Part shown: piece by piece, positions 17,925 to 29,537 of the stretch | Position numbering within the stretch: position 1 is the stretch's first letter | How the letters are laid out: each line of letters begins with the position of its first letter | Assembly: GCA_943789355.1 (NCBI GenBank) | Contig: CALSTU010000001.1 | Coordinates: forward strand, 107,118 to 171,117 | Reading direction: 5' to 3' | Length of the DNA: 64,000 nt | Source of the DNA: an uncultured Flavobacteriales bacterium | Lineage (GTDB): Bacteria; Bacteroidota; Bacteroidia; Flavobacteriales; UBA7430 | Program-made: the position numbers and the translations under genes | Notes under the pieces: generated by a model | Databases searched by the model: none | The model's input: only the letters and a program-made list of their open reading frames with translations | Told to the model about the DNA's origin: nothing

Positions 17925-19454
17925 TCAGCTTTTTTCCTTGATAATTTCGGAAATTGGCCTTTCCTCAATGTGACTCTCCAACCATGAAAGAATATCCAAA
18001 TACAAAAAGGCTCTTTTTTCATAAGGATGGTCCTCATAAAGCTTTAGAGTCTTATAAAGCTTTTTCAACTCCTCTTTAACTTGATTTGGGAAAATATACC
18101 CCAACTTTCTTACAAACTTAATTAGTTCCTTCTGGACCTCATACAAGTCATCCATTTTGATTAAGAACTTATAGGTCTCTTTAATTTGTTTGTCAAGATG
18201 TAAATCAACACCTGATTCATAGTGAGCAATCAGACTTAAAACACGTGAAAAGCACATTAAATCCTCACGAACCTTAAGATCTTTGTTGTCTATAATCTGG
18301 CTGAGGTATGCTATGCAATTTTTATAATCGGCGGAGCCAAAATAGAGACATGAAATCTTGTAATAGAGCACCATAATATGATGGTTATCCAATCGATCTT
18401 TATACTTACGGATGCCCTTAATAATTTCATCGACAGAGGAAATACCTTCTTGAAAGTTACCTTTTAAAAAATGTAAATTGAGTTTGTTGTTGTGCAAGTA
18501 TAAAAACCTCAACACCTCAATATTGTCATTATTCGGGAATTTATCTGAGCTTATGGATTTTTCAAAATCAAGCAATGATTGCTCTAATTTGTTTGTATTT
18601 CTAATCAGGTATAAAGATTCCATCAGATAATGATTTCCTCGAATATAAAAAACCGGATTGAATGCAATCATCGATCTATTGTCGTGAAATAACTCCACCC
18701 ATTTTTTTGAATACTTGTAACAAGATAAAAAATCTTGAACCGTAAAAGCATACCAAAGGAACGTTTTATACAACCAAAGTTTTTCACGAAAGCCCATGAC
18801 CTCCCATTCGTACGTTGGTAACTCTTGCTCGAAAAAAGATGTCACTTGGTTGTGCTCATTTTCATTTTTCACATAACCTGTTTTAAGCATCTTACCGTAC
18901 AATTTAAGTGATAAGTTTGACAGCTTGCTAGTGAGTGAGTTTTTGTTGGTTAATTCTGTTGCTTCACGGGTCAACTCATCAGACCTTGAACTTATGCTTC
19001 TTGTTATGTATTGTGATTCGATAATCTTCTCGAACTCAACAATTTCTACAGCACTGTTGTTCTCGTTATATTCAACAGCCAAGGACTTTGCCTTTTCCAA
19101 CACTTTAAGGCTTTGTTTGTAAAGTCCTTTGTGATATAAAATGGTAGCAAAATCCAATTGCTCTCTTATTTGTGTTCGAATGTTTTGATGTAAAGGATTC
19201 AGTCGTAAACTGATTAATATCTGCTTGTATAAATGTGCTTTTAAATTGGAAAATTGAGCTTTTGTAACGATTCCCTTCCTGATGATAAGATCCTCGTCAA
19301 GTCCTTCGCACTTGTTTATATGATCAAACAACGCGATAAACTTAGAGTCCGTATTTACCCCTACCCGACCAACATAAACCTTAAATTGTCGTTTTTCAGA
19401 TTTTGAGAGTGACTTTATTAAAATAAATAAAGGATCTTTTTGGTTATTGATCAT
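17925..19454 (-). CDS. Hypothetical all-helical (TPR-like) protein, 509 aa
   Basis: Long ATG-initiated ORF with helical-repeat-like composition. No signal peptide or catalytic motif recognised. Confidence 0.6.
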   Translation of the reverse strand: MINNQKDPLFILIKSLSKSEKRQFKVYVGRVGVNTDSKFIALFDHINKCEGLDEDLIIRKGIVTKAQFSNLKAHLYKQILISLRLNPLHQNIRTQIREQLDFATILYHKGLYKQSLKVLEKAKSLAVEYNENNSAVEIVEFEKIIESQYITRSISSRSDELTREATELTNKNSLTSKLSNLSLKLYGKMLKTGYVKNENEHNQVTSFFEQELPTYEWEVMGFREKLWLYKTFLWYAFTVQDFLSCYKYSKKWVELFHDNRSMIAFNPVFYIRGNHYLMESLYLIRNTNKLEQSLLDFEKSISSDKFPNNDNIEVLRFLYLHNNKLNLHFLKGNFQEGISSVDEIIKGIRKYKDRLDNHHIMVLYYKISCLYFGSADYKNCIAYLSQIIDNKDLKVREDLMCFSRVLSLIAHYESGVDLHLDKQIKETYKFLIKMDDLYEVQKELIKFVRKLGYIFPNQVKEELKKLYKTLKLYEDHPYEKRAFLYLDILSWLESHIEERPISEIIKEKS

Positions 19455-19599
19455 CGTAATTATTTAGACTTTAAATACTTAATTATCAACTACAAACACT
19501 CACAACCAAGGAGTTAAACATTGTAATTAATTAAAAACCTGATTCCCTATTAAAAGACCAAATTATAAATTCGTATTAGATTTAAAAAACGAAAGAGGA

Positions 19600-19638
19600 A
19601 GATATTTTTTCAGAGCCCTATTTTTCTGAGAAATATCT
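19600..19638 (+). promoter_or_regulatory. Imperfect ~14-bp stem-loop in the leuA 5' region, function unknown
   Basis: agatattttttcaga ... tctgagaaatatct, located 29 nt upstream of the leuA ATG. There is no downstream U-tract and no leader-peptide ATG anywhere in 19455-19666. Confidence 0.25.
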
Positions 19639-19666
19639 AAAATTGGTAATTTATTTAAGCCCCAAA

Positions 19667-20827
19667 ATGAGCGGTAAAAATGTACAAATTTTCGACACAA
19701 CCCTAAGAGATGGAGAACAAGTTCCAGGTTGTAAGCTTAATACACAGCAAAAGTTAGTCATAGCAGAGCGACTTGACCAACTTGGTGTTGATATTATGGA
19801 AGCAGGTTTCCCTATTTCCAGCCCCGGTGACTTCACCTCGGTAGAAGAAATCTCTAAAATAGTAAAAAATGCATCGGTATGTGCCCTCTCAAGATCTGTT
19901 GAGAAAGACATAAAAATCGCTGCAGAGGCATTGAAGTATGCAAAACGCCCACGAATACACACGGGAATTGGTACCTCTGATCTTCACATCAAACATAAAT
20001 TCAATTCGACCCAAGAAAAAATCATTGAACGAGGGGTTTCTGCTGTAAAGTATGCGAAATCGTTTGTAGAAGATGTTGAATTCTATGCAGAAGATGCTGG
20101 TCGAACGGACAACGAATATTTAGCACGAGTTTGTGAGGCTGTCATCAAAGCCGGTGCAACAGTTCTAAACATGCCCGATACAACAGGTTACTGTCTTCCT
20201 GAGGAATACGGTGCAAAGATCAAGTATTTAATGGAAAATGTTAAGGGCATAGAAAACGTGATTATTTCTTGTCATTGCCACAATGATTTGGGGCTTGCAA
20301 CAGCAAATTCCATATCAGGTGTTCTTAACGGTGCGAGACAGATTGAATGCACCATCAATGGAATTGGTGAACGAGCAGGAAATACAGCATTGGAAGAAGT
20401 CGTCATGATCATGAGGCAACATGCTTCATTAGACCTTCACACAAACATCAACCCAAAGCTTTTATTTGATACGAGTAGAATGGTATCTGAAAGTATGGGT
20501 ATTTATGTTCAGCCGAACAAAGCTATTGTAGGTGTAAATGCATTTGCACATAGTTCTGGAATCCATCAAGATGGTGTTATTAAAAATCGTAAGACCTACG
20601 AGATTATTGATCCGGACGAAGTTGGAGCATCCGAGTCAGCCATCATACTTACTGCAAGGAGCGGACGAGCAGCTCTTGCATACAGAGCAAACAAGATTGG
20701 CTACAACTTGAGTAAAATCGAGTTGGATCATGCCTACAAAACCTTTCTTGATTATGCAGATGAGAAGAAAGAGATTGTCGATGAAGACATTCACGAAATC
20801 ATTAAAAAATCAGTTCATTTAGCGTAA
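19667..20827 (+). CDS. leuA: 2-isopropylmalate synthase, short form (no C-terminal regulatory domain)
   Basis: [11 protein letters not shown] and [12 protein letters not shown]. 386 aa from the first ATG. First gene of the leuACDB block. Confidence 0.85.
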   Translation: MSGKNVQIFDTTLRDGEQVPGCKLNTQQKLVIAERLDQLGVDIMEAGFPISSPGDFTSVEEISKIVKNASVCALSRSVEKDIKIAAEALKYAKRPRIHTGIGTSDLHIKHKFNSTQEKIIERGVSAVKYAKSFVEDVEFYAEDAGRTDNEYLARVCEAVIKAGATVLNMPDTTGYCLPEEYGAKIKYLMENVKGIENVIISCHCHNDLGLATANSISGVLNGARQIECTINGIGERAGNTALEEVVMIMRQHASLDLHTNINPKLLFDTSRMVSESMGIYVQPNKAIVGVNAFAHSSGIHQDGVIKNRKTYEIIDPDEVGASESAIILTARSGRAALAYRANKIGYNLSKIELDHAYKTFLDYADEKKEIVDEDIHEIIKKSVHLA

Positions 20828-20872
20828 ATTGTGCTTCTATAATTAAGCACAAACAACCTTAAAAAAAAAGTT

Positions 20873-22255
20873 GTGAAAAAAACCTTATTTGATAAAGTAT
20901 GGGATGCTCATGTTGTCAAAGAAATGAAGGATAAACAACAAATCCTTTACATTGACAAACACTTAATTCATGAAGTAACAAGCCCACAAGCGTTTAATGA
21001 ACTTGAACAGCGTGGCATACCTGTTTTTAGACCCAAGCAAATAGTTGCAACAGCTGATCATAACACGCCTACCATTGACCAACACTTGCCGGTTAAGGAT
21101 GAGATGTCGAGAAACCAGTTGAACCAGTTGAGTAAAAATTGCTCAAAAAATAACATTACACTTTACGACCTTGGACACAAGTACAACGGTATCGCTCATG
21201 TAATGTCTCCTGAGCTCGGTATTACTCAACCCGGAATGACTATGGTTTGTGGAGACAGTCATACGTCAACCCACGGAGCCTTTGGTACGATTGCTTTTGG
21301 AATTGGAACCAGTCAGGTAGCTCAAGTTTTTGCGAGTCAAAGTCTACTCTTACAAAAACCAAAAAGTCTAAGAATTACAGTTGATGGCGATCTTAAGCCG
21401 GGAGTACTTCCAAAGGATGTCATCTTATACATCATCGCCAAATTAGGAACCAATTCAGGTACAGGGTATTTCTGTGAATATGCGGGAACAGTATTCCAAG
21501 AGATGTCTATGGAGGGTCGTATGACTGTTTGTAATATGAGTATTGAAATGGGTGCTCGTGGTGGAATGATAGCTCCAGATGAAACAACCTTCAATTACAT
21601 TAAAGGTCGTGAGTTTGCTCCTAAAGGAAACGACTTTGATAAAAAAGTAGCTTATTGGAAAACGTTACCAACAGATCCAGGTGCCTCTTTTGATCAAGAA
21701 TACCACTTAGATGCTCAGGACATCGAGCCTATGATTACCTTCGGTACAAATCCAGGTATGGGAATTAAGATAAACGAAAGCATTCCTTCAGAGGACAACG
21801 CATCGTTTGAAAAGTCTTTAGCCTACATGAACTTTGAGAAAGGACAGTCTTTAATTGACCAACAAGTAAACTATGTTTTTATAGGTAGTTGTACAAACGG
21901 ACGTATAGAAGACTTTAGAGCTGCTGCAAAATTTATTGAAGGAAAGGTTAAAGCTGATCACGTAACCGCATGGTTTGTTCCAGGATCTCAACAAGTTGCA
22001 AAACAAATTGAAGAAGAAGGTTTGAAAGAAATTTTTGAACAAGCTGGTTTTCAACTTAGACAACCTGGCTGCTCTGCATGTTTAGCTATGAATGACGATA
22101 AGATACCAGAAGGAGAATATTGTGTATCTACTTCGAACAGAAACTTTGAAGGAAGGCAAGGCCAAGGAGCTAGAACCATTCTTGCTAGCCCACTTGTAGC
22201 AGCTGCTACGGCAATAAACGGAAAAATTATTGACATCACTAAACAATTCGTTTGA
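20873..22255 (+). CDS. leuC: 3-isopropylmalate dehydratase large subunit
   Basis: [21 protein letters not shown], and NRNFEGRQG aconitase-family motifs. GTG start. Confidence 0.95.
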   Translation: MKKTLFDKVWDAHVVKEMKDKQQILYIDKHLIHEVTSPQAFNELEQRGIPVFRPKQIVATADHNTPTIDQHLPVKDEMSRNQLNQLSKNCSKNNITLYDLGHKYNGIAHVMSPELGITQPGMTMVCGDSHTSTHGAFGTIAFGIGTSQVAQVFASQSLLLQKPKSLRITVDGDLKPGVLPKDVILYIIAKLGTNSGTGYFCEYAGTVFQEMSMEGRMTVCNMSIEMGARGGMIAPDETTFNYIKGREFAPKGNDFDKKVAYWKTLPTDPGASFDQEYHLDAQDIEPMITFGTNPGMGIKINESIPSEDNASFEKSLAYMNFEKGQSLIDQQVNYVFIGSCTNGRIEDFRAAAKFIEGKVKADHVTAWFVPGSQQVAKQIEEEGLKEIFEQAGFQLRQPGCSACLAMNDDKIPEGEYCVSTSNRNFEGRQGQGARTILASPLVAAATAINGKIIDITKQFV

Positions 22256-22256
22256 T

Positions 22257-22847
22257 ATGGATAAGTTTACAAAAATAACATCTTCTGCCATTCCTTTGGC
22301 AATCGAAAATATCGACACCGATCAGATTATACCTGCGCGTTTCCTTAAGGCTACTGATAAAAAAGGTTTTGGTGAAAATCTTTTCAGAGACTGGCGTTTC
22401 GATAAAAATGGAAAAATCAACAACGATTTCCCATTAAACGACAAAAGATTTTCGGGAAGTATATTAGTGGCTGGAGACAACTTTGGATGTGGATCTAGTA
22501 GAGAACACGCTGCATGGGCTGTTCATGGTTATGGAATCAAAGTCGTTGTATCCAGTTTTTTTGCTGACATTTTTAAAGGTAATGCACTTAACAATGGTGT
22601 ATTACCCGTACAAGTGTCCCCTTCTTTTTTGAAAAATATTTTTGAGGCTATTCAGAATGATTCGGATACAGAAATTGAAGTTGATCTAGAAAATCAAGAG
22701 ATCACGATACTTTCAAACCAAAATTTCGAAAGCTTTGAAATAAATAGCTACAAGAAAACATGCCTCATAAACGGTTATGACGATATTGACTTCTTGGTGA
22801 GCATGAAAGAAGACATTCAAGCATTTGAAAAAGCCAGAGTAGAATAA
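22257..22847 (+). CDS. leuD: 3-isopropylmalate dehydratase small subunit
   Basis: The ATG lies 1 nt after the leuC stop. Contains [13 protein letters not shown]. Confidence 0.93.
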   Translation: MDKFTKITSSAIPLAIENIDTDQIIPARFLKATDKKGFGENLFRDWRFDKNGKINNDFPLNDKRFSGSILVAGDNFGCGSSREHAAWAVHGYGIKVVVSSFFADIFKGNALNNGVLPVQVSPSFLKNIFEAIQNDSDTEIEVDLENQEITILSNQNFESFEINSYKKTCLINGYDDIDFLVSMKEDIQAFEKARVE

Positions 22848-22902
22848 AAAACTAAAAACCTTTTTTGAGTAAACCTCAAATACAGTACGTAAATTACAAG
22901 AA

Positions 22903-24021
22903 ATGAAACTAGATATTGCCGTATTATCAGGAGATGGAATTGGTCCTGAAGTAACCGACCAAGCCATAAAAACATTAAATGCTATTGAAAATCGTTTTGA
23001 TCACAATTTCAATTTTCAAGAGGGTCTTGTTGGCGCAATAGCAATTGACGAAACGGGTGACCCACTTCCAAAAGAAACTTTAGATCTGTGTAAAAATACA
23101 GATGCTGTTCTCTTTGGTTCTATTGGCGCACCCAAGTATGATAATGACCCAAGTGCTCCAGTTCGTCCCGAGCAGGGACTTCTGAAGTTAAGAAAAGAAC
23201 TTGGCCTGTACGCCAACATTCGTCCACTAAAAGCTTACACGACACTATTGGATCAATCACCTCTAAAAAGAGAGATTATTGAAGGTACTGACATTACAAT
23301 TTACAGAGAATTAACGGGCGGAATCTACTTTGGTGAGAAGAAAATTAGTGAAGATGGCAATGTAGCTTCTGATCTTTGTGAATATTCTAGACCAGAAATT
23401 GAACGTATTAGTCACTTGGCATTCCAAGCAGCACGTAAAAGAAGAAACAAGGTAACCTTGGTGGATAAGGCTAACGTATTAGAATCTTCACGACTATGGA
23501 GAAAAGTAGTTACGGAATTGGCAGCGTCTACCTACCCGGATGTTGAGTTGCATTTCTTGTTTGTAGACAATGCAGCAATGCAAATGATTCTAAATCCAAG
23601 TCAGTTTGATGTCATTTTAACCAACAACATCTTTGGTGATATTATTTCTGATGAAGCAAGTGTCATCGGAGGGTCAATTGGACTTTTAGCTTCTGCCTCT
23701 GCAGGTACTAAATACGCTATGTTTGAACCGATTCACGGATCTTTCCCACAAGCTACGGGTAAAGGAATTGCAAATCCAATTGCTGCAGTATTGTCTGCGG
23801 CTATGTTGCTTGAACATTTTAATCTTTTAGAGGAATCAAAATTGATCAATGAAGCTGTCGAAAAAGCTCTTGAATTTAATCTGACAACTCCCGATTTAAA
23901 TGAAACAAATCCACTAACTACCGACAACGTAGGTGATTTTATTGCGCATTACATTGTAAGTCCTAACGAAGCTTTGGAGAAATTCAAAAATGTAAATCTT
24001 GGCCAATCTACCGTCATCTAA
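22903..24021 (+). CDS. leuB: 3-isopropylmalate dehydrogenase
   Basis: AVLSGDGIGPEV, NIFGDIISDEAS, and EPIHGS. Confidence 0.95.
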   Translation: MKLDIAVLSGDGIGPEVTDQAIKTLNAIENRFDHNFNFQEGLVGAIAIDETGDPLPKETLDLCKNTDAVLFGSIGAPKYDNDPSAPVRPEQGLLKLRKELGLYANIRPLKAYTTLLDQSPLKREIIEGTDITIYRELTGGIYFGEKKISEDGNVASDLCEYSRPEIERISHLAFQAARKRRNKVTLVDKANVLESSRLWRKVVTELAASTYPDVELHFLFVDNAAMQMILNPSQFDVILTNNIFGDIISDEASVIGGSIGLLASASAGTKYAMFEPIHGSFPQATGKGIANPIAAVLSAAMLLEHFNLLEESKLINEAVEKALEFNLTTPDLNETNPLTTDNVGDFIAHYIVSPNEALEKFKNVNLGQSTVI

Positions 24022-24036
24022 TCGTCTGAAAAGGCT

Positions 24037-24044
24037 TACTTTTG
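24037..24044 (+). promoter_or_regulatory. Candidate internal -7 box (TACTTTTG) ahead of ilvD
   Basis: Exact TAnnTTTG match in the 76-nt leuB-ilvD gap, 54 nt upstream of the ilvD ATG. Confidence 0.35.
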
Positions 24045-24097
24045 TCGAAGTAACAATTGTTTACTGAAAACTATTAACAAAACATCACCTTAGAGGT

Positions 24098-25774
24098 ATG
24101 AAATTAAATAAATACAGCTGTCGAATAACGCAAGATGACTCTCAGCCTGCTGCCAAAGCGATGCTTCACGCCATCGGATTGACTAAAGAAGATTTTGAGA
24201 AGCCATTTATCGGAATAGCAAGTACAGGTTATGAGGGTAACCCTTGTAACATGCATCTGAATGACTTGGCAAAAAAGGTTAAAGAAGGAACTAAAAATGC
24301 CAATCTTGTTGGTTTAATTTTCAACACCATTGGTGTAAGTGATGGTATTTCTATGGGAACACCGGGAATGAGGTTTTCTTTACCATCAAGGGACCTGATC
24401 GCAGACTCGATGGAAACAGTCGTTAGCGCCATGTCTTATGACGGTTTGGTTACAGTGGTGGGTTGTGACAAAAACATGCCGGGAGCACTCATCGCTATGT
24501 TGCGATTAAACAGACCTAGTGTACTTGTTTATGGAGGTACTATAGCTTCTGGATGTCATGAAGGGAAAAAATTAGACGTTGTTTCTGCCTTTGAAGCATG
24601 GGGCGAAAAGACAGCTGGAATTATAGATGAAAACACTTACGAAAACATTATTGAAAAAGCTTGCCCAGGCGCAGGAGCTTGTGGAGGAATGTATACAGCA
24701 AATACAATGGCAGCTGCCATTGAAGCACTAGGTATGTCGTTACCCTTCAACTCATCTAACCCTGCATTAAGCGCTGACAAACAAGACGAAAGTGTTCGTG
24801 CGGGTGAAGCCCTGTCACTTCTCATTGAAAAAGATCTAAAACCGAAAGATATTGTTACTAAAGCAGCTCTTGAGAATGCCATTCGCTTAGTGACTGTTCT
24901 TGGTGGTTCGACAAATGCAGTTCTTCACTTTTTAGCCATCGCCTATGCCGCTGATGTAGATTTTACATTAAGTGATTTTCAAAGAATATCGGACAACACA
25001 CCATTCTTAGCCGACTTAAAACCGAGTGGAAAGTACCTGATGGAAGATGTTCATACCATTGGAGGTATACCTGCTGTAATGAAATACATGCTTAATGAAG
25101 GCATGCTAAACGGAGATTGTATGACCGTTACTGGTAAGACTCTAGCTGAAAACTTAGAATCTATCCCTTCGCTGTCAGAAGATCAGGATGTAATTCGTCC
25201 AATCTCAGCTCCGATAAAACCAACAGGACATCTAAGAATATTGTACGGTAACCTTTCTGAAAATGGTGCCGTTGCTAAAATCACGGGAAAAGAAGGTTTA
25301 AAGTTTGTCGGTACTGCAAAAGTCTTTGATTCAGAATATGATGCAAACGACGGAATACGAGACGGTTTGGTCAAAAAAGGTGATGTCGTTGTCATACGAT
25401 ACGAAGGTCCAAAAGGAGGTCCTGGAATGCCTGAAATGCTCAAACCTACTGCTGCCATCATTGGTGCAGGACTTGGTAAAGATGTCGCATTAATTACAGA
25501 TGGGCGATTCTCAGGAGGTACTCACGGATTCGTGGTTGGACACATTTCTCCGGAAGCTCACGAAGGTGGACTGATAGCGTTAATCAAAGACGGTGATATA
25601 ATTACCATAGATGCAAACACAAACACGATAAACGCAGATCTCTCTGAGAAAGAAATAACATTACGAAAAGCCGATTGGAAGAAACCGGACTTGAAATTCA
25701 AAAAAGGTATCTTATATAAATACGCTAGAAATGTATCATGTGCTTCTGAAGGATGTGTTACTGATAAATCATAA
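24098..25774 (+). CDS. ilvD: Dihydroxy-acid dehydratase
   Basis: [24 protein letters not shown], and [11 protein letters not shown]. Confidence 0.96.
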   Translation: MKLNKYSCRITQDDSQPAAKAMLHAIGLTKEDFEKPFIGIASTGYEGNPCNMHLNDLAKKVKEGTKNANLVGLIFNTIGVSDGISMGTPGMRFSLPSRDLIADSMETVVSAMSYDGLVTVVGCDKNMPGALIAMLRLNRPSVLVYGGTIASGCHEGKKLDVVSAFEAWGEKTAGIIDENTYENIIEKACPGAGACGGMYTANTMAAAIEALGMSLPFNSSNPALSADKQDESVRAGEALSLLIEKDLKPKDIVTKAALENAIRLVTVLGGSTNAVLHFLAIAYAADVDFTLSDFQRISDNTPFLADLKPSGKYLMEDVHTIGGIPAVMKYMLNEGMLNGDCMTVTGKTLAENLESIPSLSEDQDVIRPISAPIKPTGHLRILYGNLSENGAVAKITGKEGLKFVGTAKVFDSEYDANDGIRDGLVKKGDVVVIRYEGPKGGPGMPEMLKPTAAIIGAGLGKDVALITDGRFSGGTHGFVVGHISPEAHEGGLIALIKDGDIITIDANTNTINADLSEKEITLRKADWKKPDLKFKKGILYKYARNVSCASEGCVTDKS

Positions 25775-25789
25775 AAATCAATACTGATT

Positions 25790-27511
25790 ATGGAAACAAA
25801 TCAAAACAAACCGACTAAACAAAAGGGTTTGATGACAGGTGCCGAAGCAGTAGTTCAGTCATTGATAGCCGAGAATGTAGAATTATTATTCGGCTATCCA
25901 GGTGGCGCAATCATGCCTGTTTATGATGCTCTTTATGATGTAGAAGATCAACTTCAACATGTACTGACTCGACACGAGCAGGGTGCTACTCACGCAGCTC
26001 AGGGATACGCAAGAGCAACAGGTAAAGTTGGAGTATGTATTGCTACTTCTGGCCCCGGAGCCACCAACCTAATTACAGGTATTGCCGATGCACAGATTGA
26101 CTCTACACCCATGGTATGTATTACCGGTCAAGTGATGAGTTCGCTTTTAGGTACTGATGCTTTCCAAGAAACAGACATCATCGGAATCTCTATGCCCGTA
26201 ACCAAATGGAATGTTCAAGTTACAAGAGCAGAAGACATTCCAGGAGCAATTGCTAAAGCATTCTACATAGCTCGATCAGGAAAACCAGGACCTGTACTGG
26301 TTGACATCACCAAAAATGCGCAATTTGATCAAGTGGATTTTAACTACGTTCCTTTTCAAGGAATGCGAAGTTATAAACCCGTACCTGTTGCTCCTATCGA
26401 TAAGATTAAAGAAGCTGCTGAACTAATCAATACTGCCAAACGTCCATTTATACTTTTTGGTCAAGGTATTATTTTATCTCAAGCAGAGGAAGAATTCAAA
26501 ACGTTCATCGAAAAAACCGGAATTCCTTCTGCTTGGACCATCATGGGACTGTCTGCACTAGATACAGACCACGAATTGAATGTAGGTATGTTGGGGATGC
26601 ATGGAAACTATGCACCTAATAAATTAACGAATGAATGTGATGTACTTATCGCTATAGGAATGCGTTTTGATGACCGAGTTACCGGTGATTTATCAAAATA
26701 CGCAAAACAAGCCAAAGTCATACATATTGAAATTGATGCAGCTGAAATAAACAAAAATGTAACAGCCAACATACCCGTTCTTGGAGATGCAAAAGAAGTT
26801 TTAACTAAACTTACTCCCCTAGTTGATGAGAAGTCTCATGAGACTTGGTTAGAGCGTTTCAAAGCTTTCGAAAAAGAAGAGATTGATGAAGTCATCAAGG
26901 AAGAGCTAAATCCATCTAAGGACATCATCAGTATGGGTGAGGTAATCTCACAAATCAACGATCTATCGAATGGAGATAACGTAATTGTAACCGATGTAGG
27001 CCAACACCAGATGGTCGCTTGTCGTTATGCGCATTTTAAACAAACAAAGTCCATGATTACATCCGGAGGCTTAGGGACAATGGGTTTCTGCTTACCTGCT
27101 GCAATTGGAGCTAAAATGGGTGTGCCTGACAAACAAGTAATTGCGGTTATCGGAGATGGTGGTTTTCAAATGACAATCCAAGAATTAGGAACCATATTGG
27201 AAACAAAGGCTCCCGTAAAAATCTTGTTATTAAACAATGAATTTTTAGGCATGGTACGTCAATGGCAAGAATTGTTTTTCGAGAAAAGATATGCTTCCAC
27301 AATCATGGTAAATCCCGATTTCCAGATGATTGCAAAAAGCTACAGCATTGAAACGTGCTTAGTACAAGATCGAAAAGACTTAAAACAAGGCGTACAAGAT
27401 ATGTTAGACCACGATGGAGCATACTTTTTAGAAGTTCGTGTAGGAAAAGAAAACAATGTATTTCCTATGATTCCATCAGGTGTGGCTGTATCAGACATAC
27501 GATTAAAATAA
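25790..27511 (+). CDS. ilvB: Acetolactate synthase large subunit
   Basis: ThDP-enzyme motifs GYPGGAIMP, TSGPGATN, IGDGGFQM. Confidence 0.95.
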   Translation: METNQNKPTKQKGLMTGAEAVVQSLIAENVELLFGYPGGAIMPVYDALYDVEDQLQHVLTRHEQGATHAAQGYARATGKVGVCIATSGPGATNLITGIADAQIDSTPMVCITGQVMSSLLGTDAFQETDIIGISMPVTKWNVQVTRAEDIPGAIAKAFYIARSGKPGPVLVDITKNAQFDQVDFNYVPFQGMRSYKPVPVAPIDKIKEAAELINTAKRPFILFGQGIILSQAEEEFKTFIEKTGIPSAWTIMGLSALDTDHELNVGMLGMHGNYAPNKLTNECDVLIAIGMRFDDRVTGDLSKYAKQAKVIHIEIDAAEINKNVTANIPVLGDAKEVLTKLTPLVDEKSHETWLERFKAFEKEEIDEVIKEELNPSKDIISMGEVISQINDLSNGDNVIVTDVGQHQMVACRYAHFKQTKSMITSGGLGTMGFCLPAAIGAKMGVPDKQVIAVIGDGGFQMTIQELGTILETKAPVKILLLNNEFLGMVRQWQELFFEKRYASTIMVNPDFQMIAKSYSIETCLVQDRKDLKQGVQDMLDHDGAYFLEVRVGKENNVFPMIPSGVAVSDIRLK

Positions 27512-27517
27512 AAAAAA

Positions 27518-28030
27518 ATGAAAAAAAGATTTACACTCTCTATTTTCACAGAAAATATCGTAGGTATACTAAATCAAGTAACCATCATTTTTACACGTAG
27601 ACACATCAATATCGAAAGTATTGTAGTCTCTGAAAGTGAAATAGATGGTATACACCGCTATACACTTGTTATCTCAGAAACTGAAGAAGTTGTGAGGAAA
27701 CTTGTATTACAACTGGAAAAACAAGTAGACATCATCAAAGCACTATTTCACGAAGATAAAGATGTTATTTATCAAGAAATCGCACTTTTTAAGATGCCAA
27801 CTGATGTACTTTCTAAAGGTGGAGAGGCCGAAAAAATTGTTCGAAATCACTTTGCAAGAATCATTTCTGTTGAAAAAGAATTCATTATTCTTGAAAAAAC
27901 AGGACATAAAGAAGAAACACAAAAATTGTTTAACGAATTAAAACCCTATGGTGTTTTAGAATTCGTTAGATCTGGCAGAATTGCCATCACCAAACCAATG
28001 GATACATTGGAAAATATACTTAAGAACTAG
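27518..28030 (+). CDS. ilvN: Acetolactate synthase small (regulatory) subunit
   Basis: ACT-domain start (LSIFTENIVGILNQVTIIFTRRHINIES). 170 aa, directly after ilvB. Confidence 0.9.
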   Translation: MKKRFTLSIFTENIVGILNQVTIIFTRRHINIESIVVSESEIDGIHRYTLVISETEEVVRKLVLQLEKQVDIIKALFHEDKDVIYQEIALFKMPTDVLSKGGEAEKIVRNHFARIISVEKEFIILEKTGHKEETQKLFNELKPYGVLEFVRSGRIAITKPMDTLENILKN

Positions 28031-28063
28031 AATAAACTCAAACAGAAGAAAACAGTAGAAAAC

Positions 28064-29536
28064 ATGACAAATTACTTTAACACACTATCTCTAAGATCCC
28101 AACTAGACCAATTAGGTAAATGTGATCTAATGAACCCTTCCGAATTCGATGGTGGCGTAGACGTATTGCTTGGTAAAAAAGTAGTTATCGTTGGGTGTGG
28201 AGCTCAAGGATTAAATCAAGGTCTAAACATGCGCGATTCAAAGTTGGATGTTTCTTTTGCCTTGAGAACATCTGCCATAACTGAAAAAAGACAGTCTTAC
28301 TTGAATGCAGCTGAAAATAATTTCAAGGTAGGTGACTATAATGAAATGATTCCAGACGCTGATCTAGTGATCAACCTTACACCAGATAAGCAACATACAG
28401 ATGTAGTATCTAAAGTAATGCCTTTGATGAAAAAAGGTGCGACACTATCCTACTCTCACGGATTCAATGTTGTTGAGGAAGGAATGGAGATTAGAAAAGA
28501 TCTTACTGTTATCATGATGGCTCCTAAGTCACCAGGTTCAGAGGTTCGTGAAGAATACAAACGAGGATTTGGTGTTCCTACCTTAATTGCTGTTCACGCT
28601 GAAAATGATCCTGAAGGAAAAGGTGCTGCTTATGCTAAAGCTTATGCTGTAGCTACGGGAGGTCACAAAGCAGGAGTGTTGAATTCATCCTTTGTTGCCG
28701 AAGTGAAATCAGATCTAATGGGAGAGCAAACCATTTTATGTGGTGTGTTACAAACTGCTTCTATCCTAGGATTCGATAAAATGGTTGCTTCTGGAATTGA
28801 TGCAAAATACGCTTCAAAATTAATACAATACGGATGGGAGGTTATAACAGAAGCCATGAAGTATGGTGGACTAACCAACATGATGGATCGTTTGTCAAAT
28901 CCAGCAAAAGTTGAAGCTTTTAAATTATCTGAAGAATTGAAAACAATCATGAGACCATTGTTTAGAAAGCATATGGATGATATCATGTCTGGTAAATTTT
29001 CTTCAGACATGATGACGGACTGGTCTAATGACGATGTCAACTTGTTAACATGGAGACAACAAACAGGCGAAACAGCCTTTGAAAAAACTAATGCTACAGA
29101 ACAAGAAATTACAGAGCAAGAATTCTTCGACCACGGGACGTTGATGGTTGCCTTTGTTAAGTCCGGTGTAGAATTAGCCTACGAAACCATGACGGCTTCT
29201 GGTATCAAAGCTGAATCAGCATACTACGAATCGTTACATGAAACGCCACTTATCGCAAATACCATTGCGCGCAAGAAATTATTTGAAATGAACAGAATCA
29301 TTTCTGATACGGCTGAATACGGATGTTATTTATTCGACCACGCATGTCGTCCGTTGGTAAAAGATTTCGTAAACAGCAAGGATACAAGCGTAATCGGTGC
29401 AGCTTTCTCAACTTCAAATCAAGTAGATAACAAAGAGCTAATCGAAATAAACAAAGCCATCAGAAACCATCCGATTGAAGAAGTAGGTGCTAAATTACGT
29501 ACTGAAATGACAAGCATGAAAAAAATCGTTCACTAA
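28064..29536 (+). CDS. ilvC: Ketol-acid reductoisomerase, long (class II) form
   Basis: Rossmann motif [19 protein letters not shown]. At 490 aa it has the duplicated knotted domain length. Confidence 0.95.
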   Translation: MTNYFNTLSLRSQLDQLGKCDLMNPSEFDGGVDVLLGKKVVIVGCGAQGLNQGLNMRDSKLDVSFALRTSAITEKRQSYLNAAENNFKVGDYNEMIPDADLVINLTPDKQHTDVVSKVMPLMKKGATLSYSHGFNVVEEGMEIRKDLTVIMMAPKSPGSEVREEYKRGFGVPTLIAVHAENDPEGKGAAYAKAYAVATGGHKAGVLNSSFVAEVKSDLMGEQTILCGVLQTASILGFDKMVASGIDAKYASKLIQYGWEVITEAMKYGGLTNMMDRLSNPAKVEAFKLSEELKTIMRPLFRKHMDDIMSGKFSSDMMTDWSNDDVNLLTWRQQTGETAFEKTNATEQEITEQEFFDHGTLMVAFVKSGVELAYETMTASGIKAESAYYESLHETPLIANTIARKKLFEMNRIISDTAEYGCYLFDHACRPLVKDFVNSKDTSVIGAAFSTSNQVDNKELIEINKAIRNHPIEEVGAKLRTEMTSMKKIVH

Positions 29537-29537
29537 A

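Noticed and set aside
19600-19638. Hairpin upstream of leuA, considered as a transcription attenuator or terminator
   Set aside because: No U-tract follows it on the plus strand, and there is no leader-peptide ATG anywhere in the 5' region. I kept it only as a low-confidence structure, not as an attenuator.
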